Shown piece after piece: positions 1-10,653 of a stretch of 64,000 nucleotides of DNA. Position 1 is the stretch's first letter. Every line of letters starts with the position of its first letter. Made by a program: the position numbers and the translations under genes. Source of the DNA: Myxococcota bacterium (GTDB taxonomy: Bacteria; Myxococcota_A; Polyangia; Polyangiales; Houyiibacteriaceae); assembly GCA_039030515.1 (NCBI GenBank), contig JBCCEA010000019.1:1-64000 (forward strand). Direction: 5' to 3'. The notes beneath the pieces were generated by a model. The model saw only the letters and a program-made list of their open reading frames with translations, was not told the origin of the DNA and did not search any database.

Positions 1-206
1 GGGCAGCTTTTGTGCAGCAAGGGGCACAAGGGAATGCACGGGTGCGTCTGCAGGGCGGAGCAGGCTGGGCTTAGGGGAGCAAGGTCGTTCGGGTGAGGGG
101 CCAAGGGGCGCATGAGACGCCGGCGTCGACGCGACAAGCACGCTTGCAGCAAGCCACAGGCCCCCTCAAGACGCCGATGCGCCGCGGAGACAGCCACCGC
201 AAGGGC

Positions 207-364
207 GCTTCCACGCACCGTACCCGGTCAGGTGGGCGAGAGAGGTGGGCGATGGGTATCCGGCTTCCACGCACCGTACCCGGTCAGGTTTGGGGAGACA
301 TCGTACCCGTTCAGGTGGGCGAGAGAGGTGGGCAGGTGGGCAGGTGGGCAGGTGGGCGATGGGA
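207..364. repeat. Cluster of the dispersed CCGTACCCGGTCAGGT repeat plus (AGGTGGGC)n
   Basis: ACCGTACCCGGTCAGGT at 217-233 and 273-289, variant TCGTACCCGTTCAGGT at 301-316; tandem AGGTGGGC units around 326-357. Confidence 0.85.
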
Positions 365-705
365 TTCGGGGGCGAGATTTCGAAAACCAAGCAGCTGTTT
401 GCGAGACACCGTACACCCTATCTCGGTCGACAAACTGAAAATCACCTGGCGGGCGGTCAACTCTTTTAACTGACTGTCGTTCTCCAGCCGTAACGCCCTT
501 ATTCCAATCTGAAACACTCCGACAAAGAGCAACGGCATTCTGAATATTTTAGCCAGAGTCTTTTCCGATCGTTAGTTACGAAAAAGCAGGTTTATTCTTT
601 TCAGGGATCAAATCATCGCTGACTCAAACAGAACAACCCATATCGGGCACACATGCTCAGACATCAATATTCTACATAAAACCGGGTACACATAGGTAAT
701 TGCTG

Positions 706-1410
706 ATGCACCTCGACTCAATTGGACCCGTTGCCGCAGACTCGACACGCAGACTCTTAGTTTGCAGAGTCGCCGGAGCATTTTATGCTATCGACGCTAG
801 CGTCGTCGTTCAAATCCAGGAGGTTGACCAACTGGCAAAGTGTCCACATTCCGGTGAGGTCCGCGGAATGGCTCGAGTAAGGGGACGCTCTGTTCCGGTT
901 GTGGACGCCCGTAAACGAATGGGGCTACCGTCCCGGGAAGAGGAGCTCAGAGAACTCAATCTCGCTCTCGACAGCTTTGAAGCACATCATCAATCTTCTC
1001 CTTGCTCCGATGCACATCATTGCGGGCTCTCTCGATGGCTCGGAGAGCCGATCTTCAGCCCGGCCATTCAACGCCTCATGGAGCGCATGGAAGAAGCACA
1101 TCGAGTGCTTCGTGAACATGGAGCCGCCGCTCCGGACAAACCGCTTACTTCTGCCGGGCGTGCCTGGTCCCGGCTAAGGATGCTAAAAACCCGTATTCAA
1201 AAAGCGACTCGAGAAGCTCGGGAACTACTGGTCTGCGCCCGAACCTCGAACGTACTTTCTGCACTGACCGTAGATTTTGTTGAAGGCATTCATGACCTTC
1301 CTCTGATAGAAAGGCAGCCGTCAGGTCCTCATTTTGTAAACGAGCTTCGCGAAATGGACTCAAAAAGCGTTTTTGTCGTCGACCTGAAATGGCTGCTAAC
1401 TCCAAGTTGA
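706..1410 (+). CDS. cheW: CheW-family coupling protein with internal CZB-like (His/Cys zinc-binding) insertion
   Basis: CheW motifs (FYAIDASVVVQI, VRGMARVRGRSVPVVDAR, LTVDFVEGI, VFVVDL) flank a helical insert with HH...CGLSRW...AHRVLREH. Confidence 0.7.
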   Translation: MHLDSIGPVAADSTRRLLVCRVAGAFYAIDASVVVQIQEVDQLAKCPHSGEVRGMARVRGRSVPVVDARKRMGLPSREEELRELNLALDSFEAHHQSSPCSDAHHCGLSRWLGEPIFSPAIQRLMERMEEAHRVLREHGAAAPDKPLTSAGRAWSRLRMLKTRIQKATREARELLVCARTSNVLSALTVDFVEGIHDLPLIERQPSGPHFVNELREMDSKSVFVVDLKWLLTPS

Positions 1411-1496
1411 CGGAGAGAACAGCTCTCTGAAACCGTATTGGTTGAAAATATTAAGAGTATTTCTTATGCACCCGGAAACACCCTACCGGGAGCACG

Positions 1497-2486
1497 CTAC
1501 GCTGGACGACTCTGCTTTAGACGGCGCACAGACTTGGAGATTTCTCCTTCAATCTCCGTCAGTGGAACGCTACGAGTTGCCGCTCCGATCCGCATCGCTT
1601 CCCCCGCCATGCCCCAAACGGCACTCGACTCTTTATCTTGTACGAATGTGGATGCACCGGCATTCCGCATAGCGAGCAGGCCCTCGGCTCCGTCGAAACC
1701 CATGCCGGTCATCAGTACGCCAATAGCCGCTGATCCCGCATGTTGCGCAACACTAAGCATAAGCGCATCGACTGAAGGACGATGCCCGCTCACTTTGTTT
1801 CCTGCCTTCAAAACCGATAGAAACCCTTCAGCATCCCGACATACTTCAAGATGAAGGTTGCCGGGTGCGACATATACATGTCCTGATTTCAAACGCTGAC
1901 CGTGCCGCGCCACACCAACCTTGAGTTGCGACTGACGATCGATCATATCTGCATACGATTCGATCTGTGCAGGCCGCATGTGTTGAACAAGCAATACTGG
2001 AGGAGTCCTGAACGGCAATTCACTAACTACGGCTCCGATCGCCGTGGGGCCTCCCGCACTAATGCCTAGAGCGATAACGATATTATCGCTTGTCAGCCTT
2101 GTCGCCTCCCCGCGATGGACTGGACCAACCAGTGTCGATCTTTCGCCGAGTTCTCTGCGTTCCAGACCATCCGCTCCACTTCGTCGATGGGCCGCCAGCC
2201 TTAGCGCTCCTGCAAGACGCTGCAGGCCTTGTTTCAAAGCATCTCCTTCGAGAGGAAGCGAAATCTCGGCAGTGGTCACTCCGTAGCCGAACACCACACG
2301 AGGTGACCAAGGGGCATCCTGAGCCAATGGCTCTTCGACAAGCCAAACATCGGCACGAGCGAGTCCGGAAGCTTCCTCGTGTGACGAAGCCTCTCCAGCG
2401 AGCTCAAGTCCGGCCTGAACCAGTGCGCTCTTGACCACGCGCAGGCTCCTGATGGGCCGCGCAACGACATTAACCCGCAGACTCAA
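1497..2486 (-). CDS. cheB: Chemotaxis methylesterase with degenerate receiver domain
   Basis: GISAGG, VQHM, HRPSVD, LMTGMGFDGA, QDKESSAVWGM: intact Ser-His-Asp methylesterase motifs. Confidence 0.92.
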   Translation of the reverse strand: MSLRVNVVARPIRSLRVVKSALVQAGLELAGEASSHEEASGLARADVWLVEEPLAQDAPWSPRVVFGYGVTTAEISLPLEGDALKQGLQRLAGALRLAAHRRSGADGLERRELGERSTLVGPVHRGEATRLTSDNIVIALGISAGGPTAIGAVVSELPFRTPPVLLVQHMRPAQIESYADMIDRQSQLKVGVARHGQRLKSGHVYVAPGNLHLEVCRDAEGFLSVLKAGNKVSGHRPSVDALMLSVAQHAGSAAIGVLMTGMGFDGAEGLLAMRNAGASTFVQDKESSAVWGMAGEAMRIGAATRSVPLTEIEGEISKSVRRLKQSRPA

Positions 2487-3307
2487 CCCATTCTCCTTCG
2501 GTAGACTCCTGTCTGCACGAACTCGAGTTCATCACACCGACTACGGATCGACTCTGCAACACCTATGTATAGATAGCCTCCCGGCACCAGAGAGCGAGCT
2601 AAGTTAGCCACCACGGAATCCACCTGAGTCTCGTCAAAGTAGATAAGCACGTTGCGACAAAAGATTACATGAAATGGCTGCCTAAATGGGTAATCTGGAG
2701 CGATTAAATTGAAGCGTCGAAAAGTCACGTCGCTACGAATATCGGGATGAATTTCGTATCCTGTAACTGTCGATCTTAGGTACTTCTCGCGTACCGAATT
2801 AGGAAGTCGCTCTGCATTGTTGCTTTCGTAACAACCGTCCATCGCAACCTGAAGGACCGCGTTGCTTATGTCCGTTGCAAGAACTCCTGCTTCCCACTCA
2901 GGGTACCTCAAACCGAAATAGTCTCTGAGCAGCATCGCGATGTAATAGGGTTCCTCACCAGTCGAAGCAGCAGCACACCAAACACGCAGGTCGCAAGTTT
3001 GCTGCAATCTGGACTCGAACTCTGGCAGCACCACATTTTGAAAATGTTCGAAATGAACCGGTTCTCTTAGAAAGAAAGTGTGGTTTGTCGTCAAAGCATC
3101 GACTACGGCGCTCACCAAGTTTGGATCGTCACCGCGGACAAAATCATCAATAAGATCCCCGGTGGATCTCCGATTGAGTCGCCTTGTCAGCTCTCCGAGA
3201 CGACGCCCGACCATCGAGCGTTTGGAATCATTCAGAAACAAACCAAATACAGAGCGACACGCCCGATCAAGCCGTTGGAACTCCTGCTCCGTCATGGTTG
3301 CGAGCAT
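2483..3307 (-). CDS. cheR: Chemotaxis methyltransferase
   Basis: LTTNHTFFLRE, VWCAAASTGEEPY, IFCRNVLIYFD motifs. Confidence 0.95.
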   Translation of the reverse strand: MLATMTEQEFQRLDRACRSVFGLFLNDSKRSMVGRRLGELTRRLNRRSTGDLIDDFVRGDDPNLVSAVVDALTTNHTFFLREPVHFEHFQNVVLPEFESRLQQTCDLRVWCAAASTGEEPYYIAMLLRDYFGLRYPEWEAGVLATDISNAVLQVAMDGCYESNNAERLPNSVREKYLRSTVTGYEIHPDIRSDVTFRRFNLIAPDYPFRQPFHVIFCRNVLIYFDETQVDSVVANLARSLVPGGYLYIGVAESIRSRCDELEFVQTGVYRRRMG

Positions 3308-3308
3308 C

Positions 3309-5255
3309 TCAGTAGCGCCCAAAATCTGCAGGCTGAATCAGGTTGCGCAAGGATGACGCACCGTTACGCCAAGCTCCATTGCTCGAGGGTTTTCGAGCTC
3401 CGTTAGAGCTATTGTGTGAGGAACCTTCTCCGTTAGATGAAGAGTTGTTCGCCACAGGTTTATTGATGCCGTTCTTGGCGAGAAACTGATGAAATGCTTC
3501 CAACATCTCTGGGGTTAACTCACTGGGATCCCTGGGCTGCACCGCGGGTAAATGAAAGTGATCGAGAAGTTCGGTGAGACGACCTGCCTGAGATGCAAGC
3601 TGAGACGCCGCCGCTGCCATCTCACCTGCTCCCGCAGTGTTGCGCTGAGTGACTTCATCTACTTGAGACAAACCGATATTGATCTGACCGATGGCGTCGG
3701 CTTGTTCGTGGGTGGCCTCCGCGATTTGCGAAACGAGTTGACGTGCTTCTCCAACCCCCTCAACGATTTCAGTCAGACTATGTGCAGTTTGCTGAGCGAG
3801 TTCCATACCCCCAGAAACCTTTTGAATCGTCTCTTTGATGATCGACGTAGTCTCTCGAGCGGCTTTTGCGGAGCGTGCAGCAAGCCTGCCGACTTCCTCG
3901 GCGACCACCGCAAATCCCTTGCCATGTTCCCCGGCACGCGCAGCTTCTACTGCCGCATTGAGTGCAAGTAGATTGGTCTGAAAGGCGATTTCATCGATGA
4001 CTTTGACGATCTTCGAAATGTCTTGACCCATGCGTTCGATATCGGTCATCGCCGAAAGCATGGAGTTCATGACACCGTCTCCCGCTTCAGCGCGTTCTCG
4101 AGCCCTGTCGGCTAGAGCCAGGGCTTGACTGGCGTGCTCTGCGTTGGTGCCGGTCTGCTTGGCAATGCGCTCGGCTGAAGCACTTACCTCTTCGATACTG
4201 GCAGCAGACTGGGTGCTGTTGTCAGATACATCTCGACTGGCGGAAGCCACAAGGGTGCTGCCGCTACGCACATCGATGGCAGTTTGACGAACTGACTGCA
4301 GCGTATTTGTGAGGCTGTTTACCATATTTGAAAGACTGAAAAGTAGCGCGTCGTTGTCAGAACGTGGGCTGACGGTTACGGTGAGATCTCCGTTCGCCAC
4401 ACGCTGAGTGGTCTGAGCCAAGTGTTCGTCGGAATCGATAAGGGCGTTGATCACGCGCTCGAGGGTCGCAAAAGCACCCGGCCAGTTTTGGTTCACCTTG
4501 GGTGGACGGGCCCCTTGTGCAACCTGACCCACGGTGTCCGAAGCGATGAGAATCGGCTTTGCAACGGTGTCTACGAGATGGTTTACGGTCTCCATCGTTT
4601 CGCGAAGATCATCGTCTAGCTCTCTAGAGGAGGCGCGAAAAGACAGATCTCCCTCAGTGCATGCTTGAGTTAGACGTTGAAGTTCCGATTGGAATCTCAT
4701 TCTCGACAGAACCGAACTTGTCACGTCAGTAGCCGTCTTCACGACTTTGTAAACGTCTCCATCCTCATCCACAACGGGGAAATAAGTCGATTGAATGAAG
4801 ACAAAGCTGCCGTCTTTCCGGCGGCGTCGAAAAATCCCACTCTCGTGTTCTCCACAAGAGAGACGTTGCCAAAAAGCAGCATATGTCTCTGTACGAGACT
4901 CCTCTTCGGTCACGAAGATTCGGTGATGCCGACCGACAATTTCCTCTTTTTGGTATCCCATCAAATCCAGAAACTTCGGATTTGCATCGAGGATCTTGCC
5001 ATTCCGCATGAAGGTGATCACCGATTGAGAGCGCCAGAGCGCTTCCTGTTGAGCTCGGAGATCTCTCAATTCCGTTTCAAGCTTCACTTCTGGCCTTACC
5101 TTCCGCCGCGCATTGCGCTTGCGGCTGTTTGCTTTACTGGCTTTCGTTTCGACCAAGACGGACGCCTCGTGTGCCCCCTCAGTATCGATAGAACCTTCAA
5201 TTTCGATCGCTTCTTCCTGCGCGGCAGTTCCACCGGTATTGGTCTCTTCAGTCAC
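3309..5255 (-). CDS. Cytoplasmic PAS-domain methyl-accepting chemotaxis protein
   Basis: PAS/PAC ([28 protein letters not shown]), HAMP-like segments, signalling tip [31 protein letters not shown]-terminal DFGRY pentapeptide, no evident TM helix. Confidence 0.93.
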   Translation of the reverse strand: MTEETNTGGTAAQEEAIEIEGSIDTEGAHEASVLVETKASKANSRKRNARRKVRPEVKLETELRDLRAQQEALWRSQSVITFMRNGKILDANPKFLDLMGYQKEEIVGRHHRIFVTEEESRTETYAAFWQRLSCGEHESGIFRRRRKDGSFVFIQSTYFPVVDEDGDVYKVVKTATDVTSSVLSRMRFQSELQRLTQACTEGDLSFRASSRELDDDLRETMETVNHLVDTVAKPILIASDTVGQVAQGARPPKVNQNWPGAFATLERVINALIDSDEHLAQTTQRVANGDLTVTVSPRSDNDALLFSLSNMVNSLTNTLQSVRQTAIDVRSGSTLVASASRDVSDNSTQSAASIEEVSASAERIAKQTGTNAEHASQALALADRARERAEAGDGVMNSMLSAMTDIERMGQDISKIVKVIDEIAFQTNLLALNAAVEAARAGEHGKGFAVVAEEVGRLAARSAKAARETTSIIKETIQKVSGGMELAQQTAHSLTEIVEGVGEARQLVSQIAEATHEQADAIGQINIGLSQVDEVTQRNTAGAGEMAAAASQLASQAGRLTELLDHFHLPAVQPRDPSELTPEMLEAFHQFLAKNGINKPVANNSSSNGEGSSHNSSNGARKPSSNGAWRNGASSLRNLIQPADFGRY

Positions 5256-5743
5256 GGATCTTCTCCTCGCCAGTTTGCTAGAAGGGATTCAGTCTCCAGT
5301 AACGATTGAGGATCGATGCGGACGAGGACTTCGCCATCCACACGAAAAGCCTTTTCGGATGTCGGCGTGTAAGATTCATCTTCAGGTAGATCCACAACCC
5401 GGACAACACGGTCGACGGTAAAGCCCACTGTTTGTTCTTCAAAGTCAAAGATAACGACGCAAGTTCGTTCTGTATGCTTAGTTCGACCGAGCTTGAGTCG
5501 CTCTCCTCCATTGATTACGGGCACGATATGGCCTCGGAGATTCATCAATCCCTCAATACACGCCGGTGTATCGTGAACTTGTGTGATCGGTTGGAGTTGT
5601 ACGATCTCCTGTATCCACATCATATCGATTGCAAAATACTGATTCCCCAACGCCATCACTAAATTGCGTCTCTTCGGCGGTCCTTGCTCATCGAGAGGCG
5701 TTGACGGTGCCTCCGAAAGCCCTCCGATGATCGAGAGAGACAC
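5252..5743 (-). CDS. cheW: Chemotaxis coupling protein CheW
   Basis: [34 protein letters not shown]. Confidence 0.92.
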   Translation of the reverse strand: MSLSIIGGLSEAPSTPLDEQGPPKRRNLVMALGNQYFAIDMMWIQEIVQLQPITQVHDTPACIEGLMNLRGHIVPVINGGERLKLGRTKHTERTCVVIFDFEEQTVGFTVDRVVRVVDLPEDESYTPTSEKAFRVDGEVLVRIDPQSLLETESLLANWRGEDP

Positions 5744-5745
5744 GG

Positions 5746-7827
5746 TCAGGCAACCTCTCGCACAGTTTGACTTAGCGCCGCATTAGAAAGCGCATTGGCA
5801 TCCAAAATAAGGCTGACACGGCCGTCACCCAGAATGCAGCAGCCGCTACTGGCGCGCGCGTGGCCCACCATTCGCGGCAAAGGCTTGATCACGGTTTGCT
5901 GCCTTCCGATCACCTGGTGAACCAGAAGCCCAAAAACACCATCCACACCTTCGACAAAAACCACGATGCTCTGAGCTTCACTATCCGAATCTATGAGACC
6001 GAACAGCTTACTGAGGCGGATGAGTGGAACGAACTGATTTCGATGCTCGATAAGCTCCCGTCCACTTGGTACGGTGGTAAAAACGCCTTCAGAGCTCGGT
6101 ATCGACTCTCGAACTTGGAGCATGGGTAGGGTGTAGTGCTGCCTACCTACGCGAAGCAGCATCCCGTCGACGATCGCAAGGGTAAGAGGAACCCTGAGAT
6201 GCATCGTAGTGCCCTCACCTCTTTTGCTAGTGATGCGGACCCGGCCGCCAAGCCGCTCGATCTGAGTTCGGATAGCATCCATCCCAACACCTCGACCGGA
6301 GACATCGCTCACCTGCTCCGCGGTCGAAAAACCCGGATGAAAAAGCAGAGCGTAAATCTCGCTCTTGGCTAAGGACGCTTTTGGTGGAACGAGTCCACGT
6401 TCCTTCGCTATGTCCAGTACGCGTTCTTCGTCGATGCCGCATCCATCATCTGAAAGCGTGATAACGATCTCGCTACTGCGATGACTGGCACTGAGTTTCA
6501 GGGTCCCCCTAGACTTCTTTGCAGCAATCCGTCGCTGCTCGGGCAACTCAATGCCGTGATCGATGGAGTTCCGAATCAGGTGCAGGAGCGGTTCCGAGAG
6601 CGCATCGACCAGAGATTTATCGATCTCCGTATCTTCCCCTGAAAGAATCAAATCCGCTTCTTTCCCTAGTTTCCCGCATAGATCTCGGACGAGACGGTGC
6701 ATCTTGGAAAAGACGCCTCGAATTGGAATCATGCGGATCGCCATAGTGAGATCCTGCAACTGCCTCGTCACGCGCTGCAGCTGCAGTAAGCCTTGACTAC
6801 TTGCACTGTCTTCGCCGAATTCTCGGACGGTCATCGTCTCGGCGATCACCAGCTCACCGACCATGTTGAGTAGTTCGTCGATTCGTGCTGAGTCAACCCG
6901 GAGAACTTCAGACTGAGAGCGAACGTCTTTTGTCGCTGTCTGCTTCGGCCTAAAAGCCGCAGACTTTGCCTTGTTGGTTTCAGACTCTTTACCGATAGAG
7001 GTCGTGTTTTGCGCTTTGAAGGGCTTTACGTTATCAGAAGAAAGAGGGAGCGAAGCGAGGTCCGCGGTCTTGAGTCGACTGGATGCTCCGTCCGACTGAG
7101 GTTCCCCAGCATCGGACAGAAGTGTGCCGACGCTCGACTTTTCTCTTATTTTCGATTCATCGATCAAAGATCCAGCGATCAAGGGTTGTCCCTGAGGATG
7201 CGATGCTGCGTCTTTATGCAGTGCACCTCGATCGACGAATCCGGGCACCGCATCAGATAGCTTTGTGTCACTTGGCAGCTCTTGTCCTGAGTTGCGTCCA
7301 CTAACGGAGCGCGCTGCTGCGGTAAGTTGATCAACTGCACTGTGCGCATCAACTGCACTGTGCGCATCAACTGCACTGTGCGACTCGCTACCTGAGCCTT
7401 GCGGCATCAAGGATTCGATCGCGGCCACCACGCGATCCCCTCCGAGTGAAAGCCCTTGATCGTGACCGTATTGGCCCACGTGGGTGATCGCGCCGGCTAG
7501 GAAGTCAAAGGCATCGCAAAGTACGGTCACGTGGGGAGGCTCGAGCTGAAGTGTCCCCTTGCGGGAAGCATCCAAAAGCGCCTCTACATCGTGGGCAACG
7601 CGCACGAGCAAATCGAGCTGTAAGAACCCTGCCGTTCCCTTAAAGGTATGAACAGTCCTAAAAAGAGAATCCACGCTATCAGGATCAGTCGGCTGATCAG
7701 CCAGCCGGTTTCTTTCCAGCTCGAGAAGGACCTCTTCTGCACGCTCTAGCGCTTCTCCGCTTTCAAGCGCAAACTCTTCAAAAAGTTCAACCCACTCTGG
7801 ATCACTCAGATTATTGGGATCGCTCAT
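5746..7827 (-). CDS. cheA: Chemotaxis histidine kinase CheA
   Basis: Hpt FRTVHTFKG, LLHLIRNSIDHGIE, FSTAEQVSDVSGRGVGMD, C-terminal CheW-like domain. Confidence 0.97.
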   Translation of the reverse strand: MSDPNNLSDPEWVELFEEFALESGEALERAEEVLLELERNRLADQPTDPDSVDSLFRTVHTFKGTAGFLQLDLLVRVAHDVEALLDASRKGTLQLEPPHVTVLCDAFDFLAGAITHVGQYGHDQGLSLGGDRVVAAIESLMPQGSGSESHSAVDAHSAVDAHSAVDQLTAAARSVSGRNSGQELPSDTKLSDAVPGFVDRGALHKDAASHPQGQPLIAGSLIDESKIREKSSVGTLLSDAGEPQSDGASSRLKTADLASLPLSSDNVKPFKAQNTTSIGKESETNKAKSAAFRPKQTATKDVRSQSEVLRVDSARIDELLNMVGELVIAETMTVREFGEDSASSQGLLQLQRVTRQLQDLTMAIRMIPIRGVFSKMHRLVRDLCGKLGKEADLILSGEDTEIDKSLVDALSEPLLHLIRNSIDHGIELPEQRRIAAKKSRGTLKLSASHRSSEIVITLSDDGCGIDEERVLDIAKERGLVPPKASLAKSEIYALLFHPGFSTAEQVSDVSGRGVGMDAIRTQIERLGGRVRITSKRGEGTTMHLRVPLTLAIVDGMLLRVGRQHYTLPMLQVRESIPSSEGVFTTVPSGRELIEHRNQFVPLIRLSKLFGLIDSDSEAQSIVVFVEGVDGVFGLLVHQVIGRQQTVIKPLPRMVGHARASSGCCILGDGRVSLILDANALSNAALSQTVREVA

Positions 7828-8900
7828 TAGAAAAGAAGCACTTCGCCGCCCCTCTGTAGAGACTCGGCTTCGTAAGGATTGGTATCAGGCAGGCGCATCG
7901 GATCGATGAGCTGCGTATAGGTAGTGTTCGGATCGTCTTGCTGTTCATCCAGAAGGCTATTTCTGGTCATGCGAATAAGTTCTGATCCAAGGTGAGGCAA
8001 CTGACGAAGAGCCTGCACCATGGGGTCTTGAAACTGCATTCTAGAAACGGCTATACGGCTATGTTCCACAATGCACTGAATGTTTTGCTCGCCCTGGTCG
8101 AGCGTGCCCATGAATCGTTCCCGCAAATGCTTTTCGGCCTTTGCAAGTCCTTTGAGCGAAGTGGACATCTCAGAACCAAACTCGCTATGTTTCTTGGCAA
8201 GATTTTCTGAAGACTCAGCAAGCGCCGGAATATCTTGCGACAGTCTTATTGCAAGCTCCTCAACGGCCTCGTTCGCCTCGCTCGTGGACGCGCTGAGCTT
8301 GGTCATCTGTTCGGTGATTACGGCAAATGCTCTGCCGCGCTCCCCAAGACGGGCAGCCTCCACTTGCGCATTGAGATTGAGAATATACGTGGCCTGGGCG
8401 ATCTCCCGAATCTGGCGGCCAGCTTTGGATACTTCATCTGCTGCCCGGAGCGCATCACGCACCACATCGCGATGCGAAACCAGCTCCTCTTGCACGGTAT
8501 CCACAAAATCCTGCACGAGCTGAGTGAGCGCCTCGAGCGCATGGGCGATCGCTGAATCAGTCCCCACCTCCGCAGCTAGAGACTGTGTTTGCTCGAGAAA
8601 CGAGCGTGCCAGAGAGAGTGACTCATTAATTCGGCTGCCTGTTTCAAGTGCAGCGTCCTCACTTAGGGTCGCGGCATGCTCGATCCGTTCGTTGATCGCC
8701 TCAAGAAAATTGGATCCTTCTTGTTTGACGCTATCCGCAGACTTTCGTCTCTCACGATGCAAGGTCTGAAGTTCCGCCTCACACTGCTCAACCCGCTTTT
8801 TCAAGGCATTTCGCTCGGCCTCGAGTTCTGCAATGCGTTCCTTGCAGGTAGAGGATTCGTCAGGATTGCGGGTCACGAAGAGAGTGTACGACCGCCCCAT
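7827..8900 (-). CDS. Soluble MCP-like signalling-domain protein
   Basis: IAQATYILNLNAQVEAARLGERGRAFAVI, MQFQD motif, C-terminal GEVLLF; stop overlaps the cheA start. Confidence 0.8.
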   Translation of the reverse strand: MGRSYTLFVTRNPDESSTCKERIAELEAERNALKKRVEQCEAELQTLHRERRKSADSVKQEGSNFLEAINERIEHAATLSEDAALETGSRINESLSLARSFLEQTQSLAAEVGTDSAIAHALEALTQLVQDFVDTVQEELVSHRDVVRDALRAADEVSKAGRQIREIAQATYILNLNAQVEAARLGERGRAFAVITEQMTKLSASTSEANEAVEELAIRLSQDIPALAESSENLAKKHSEFGSEMSTSLKGLAKAEKHLRERFMGTLDQGEQNIQCIVEHSRIAVSRMQFQDPMVQALRQLPHLGSELIRMTRNSLLDEQQDDPNTTYTQLIDPMRLPDTNPYEAESLQRGGEVLLF

Positions 8901-8942
8901 AATTGTCTTGAGGCGCGACCCGCATTTTTGGCCTGTTGTGGG

Positions 8943-10517
8943 CTACACGTGGAGTGGAGCGTGCCGTTGGGCTGCCACAATCGCCTTGGCGATCCGAATT
9001 CCGTCGATGGCGGCGCTCACAATACCACCTGCGTACCCTGCACCTTCACCTGCCGGATAAAGACCCGGCATGGTGGAACTCTGCAAAGAACGCGCGTCAC
9101 GCGGGATGCGGATAGGACAGGAAGTTCGACTTTCGATACCCACCAAGACGGCTTCTTCCGTGAGATAGCCGGGCATCTTTGTTCCAAAGATCTGAAGCCC
9201 TTGCCGGAGACTGTCCGAAAGGCATGGACCACAGTCGAGTACTGAGTCTAAGTTAACGGCCTGTAGTCCCGGAATGTAGCTTGTATTCGGCACCGAATTG
9301 GAAGCTCTTCTTTGCAAGAAATCGGTCACGCGAGTTGCAGGAGCACGTAGCTGTCCTCCTCCCGCGAGAAACGCGGTGTGCTCGATCTTTTGCTGGAAGT
9401 GAACTCCTCCAAAAAGTCCAGTGAAGCCAGAAGTCTCTAGATCGGCAGGGGTGACGTTGACCACCAAACCGGAATTGGCAAAGGGAGAATCTCTGCGCGA
9501 CAAACTCATGCCGTTGACCACTAGGCCATCGGCGCTCGTGGAGGAGGGCACGATCCAGCCGCCAGGACACATGCAAAACGAGTAAACGCTTCGATGATCG
9601 ATCTTCGCCGCCAGTTTATAAGAGGCCGCAGGCAGTTTTGGATGGCCCGCATGTGTTTTGTACTGGAGCCGATCGATGAGCGGTTGAGGATGCTCGATAC
9701 GCACTCCGACTGCGAAAGGCTTCGCCTCAAGAGCGACTCCCGCGCGATCGAGAAAATGGAAGACATCTACAGCGGAATGGCCAGTCGCTATGACGATATT
9801 CTCCGCAAGAATCACCTCGCCTCCGGCGATACGTACTCCCACACAGCGTCCGTTTCTGATCTTCAATCCTTCGACGCGAGTTTCAAAACGGAACTGTATT
9901 CCAACATCTTCCAGGGCCTCACGCATCGACGTGATCACCTTGGGGAGCTTATTGCTGCCGATGTGTGGTCTAGCGTCGGTCAGAATTTGTGCGGGAGCAC
10001 CGTGGTAGGCAAGGATGTCGAGCACGGCTTGTGGGTCGCCGCGCTTTTGCGATCGAGTGTAAAGCTTTCCATCGCTGTAGGTCCCTGCTCCACCTTCTCC
10101 AAAACAGTAGTTGCTGTCGGCAGGCACTTCTCCGAATTGATTGAGGAGTTTCAAATCGCGGCGTCGCGGCTGGACTTTTTTACCTCGGTCGATGACAAGG
10201 CTGCTTTGACCGCTCAGGGCGAGTTCGTAGGCGCAAAAAAGCCCGGCAGGACCGTCACCTATGATCAGCGTTTTAGGTTCTCCTCGAATCGGTTGCAGTC
10301 CTCGGGAGGGCTTAGAGACGCTAGGGCCCAGGTCCAATTCGAGATTCAGCCAGATTCTGCTTCCGCGCGCGTCGATCGCTCTTCGTATGAGGCGAACGTC
10401 GGGGAGGGATTCCGGGGAGCAGCCTGTTTCACGAGCGATGGCTCTGCGCAGGGAGGCTTGGTCTTCCGGATCGTCAAGAGGCACGCGAACTTGAATGCGG
10501 TCGGGATATCGGACCAT
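8943..10517 (-). CDS. FAD-dependent oxidoreductase
   Basis: IIGDGPAGLF, FGEGGAGTYSDGKL, FCMCPGG, GEGAGYAGGIVSAAIDG. Confidence 0.92.
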   Translation of the reverse strand: MVRYPDRIQVRVPLDDPEDQASLRRAIARETGCSPESLPDVRLIRRAIDARGSRIWLNLELDLGPSVSKPSRGLQPIRGEPKTLIIGDGPAGLFCAYELALSGQSSLVIDRGKKVQPRRRDLKLLNQFGEVPADSNYCFGEGGAGTYSDGKLYTRSQKRGDPQAVLDILAYHGAPAQILTDARPHIGSNKLPKVITSMREALEDVGIQFRFETRVEGLKIRNGRCVGVRIAGGEVILAENIVIATGHSAVDVFHFLDRAGVALEAKPFAVGVRIEHPQPLIDRLQYKTHAGHPKLPAASYKLAAKIDHRSVYSFCMCPGGWIVPSSTSADGLVVNGMSLSRRDSPFANSGLVVNVTPADLETSGFTGLFGGVHFQQKIEHTAFLAGGGQLRAPATRVTDFLQRRASNSVPNTSYIPGLQAVNLDSVLDCGPCLSDSLRQGLQIFGTKMPGYLTEEAVLVGIESRTSCPIRIPRDARSLQSSTMPGLYPAGEGAGYAGGIVSAAIDGIRIAKAIVAAQRHAPLHV

Positions 10518-10653
10518 GGAGACGTCTGCTCTTTCGATTCGAGAACGCCGAAAGTTCTCGATCTGGAGGTACGATCCTAGTTCGATTCACGTAGGATTAC
10601 CTTTAGAACAAGGAATGAACGGTTCGTGTTCAACGTTCAACCCGAGGAGATAG

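Noticed and set aside
71..538. Short ORFs at the window start
   Set aside because: They translate repeat DNA in several frames (RTRSG/VPGQV/YPVR) and have no protein-family motifs
9594..10580. Long antisense ORFs (also 22556..23323, 30081..30917, 38402..39142)
   Set aside because: Shadows of well-supported genes on the opposite strand in GC-rich DNA
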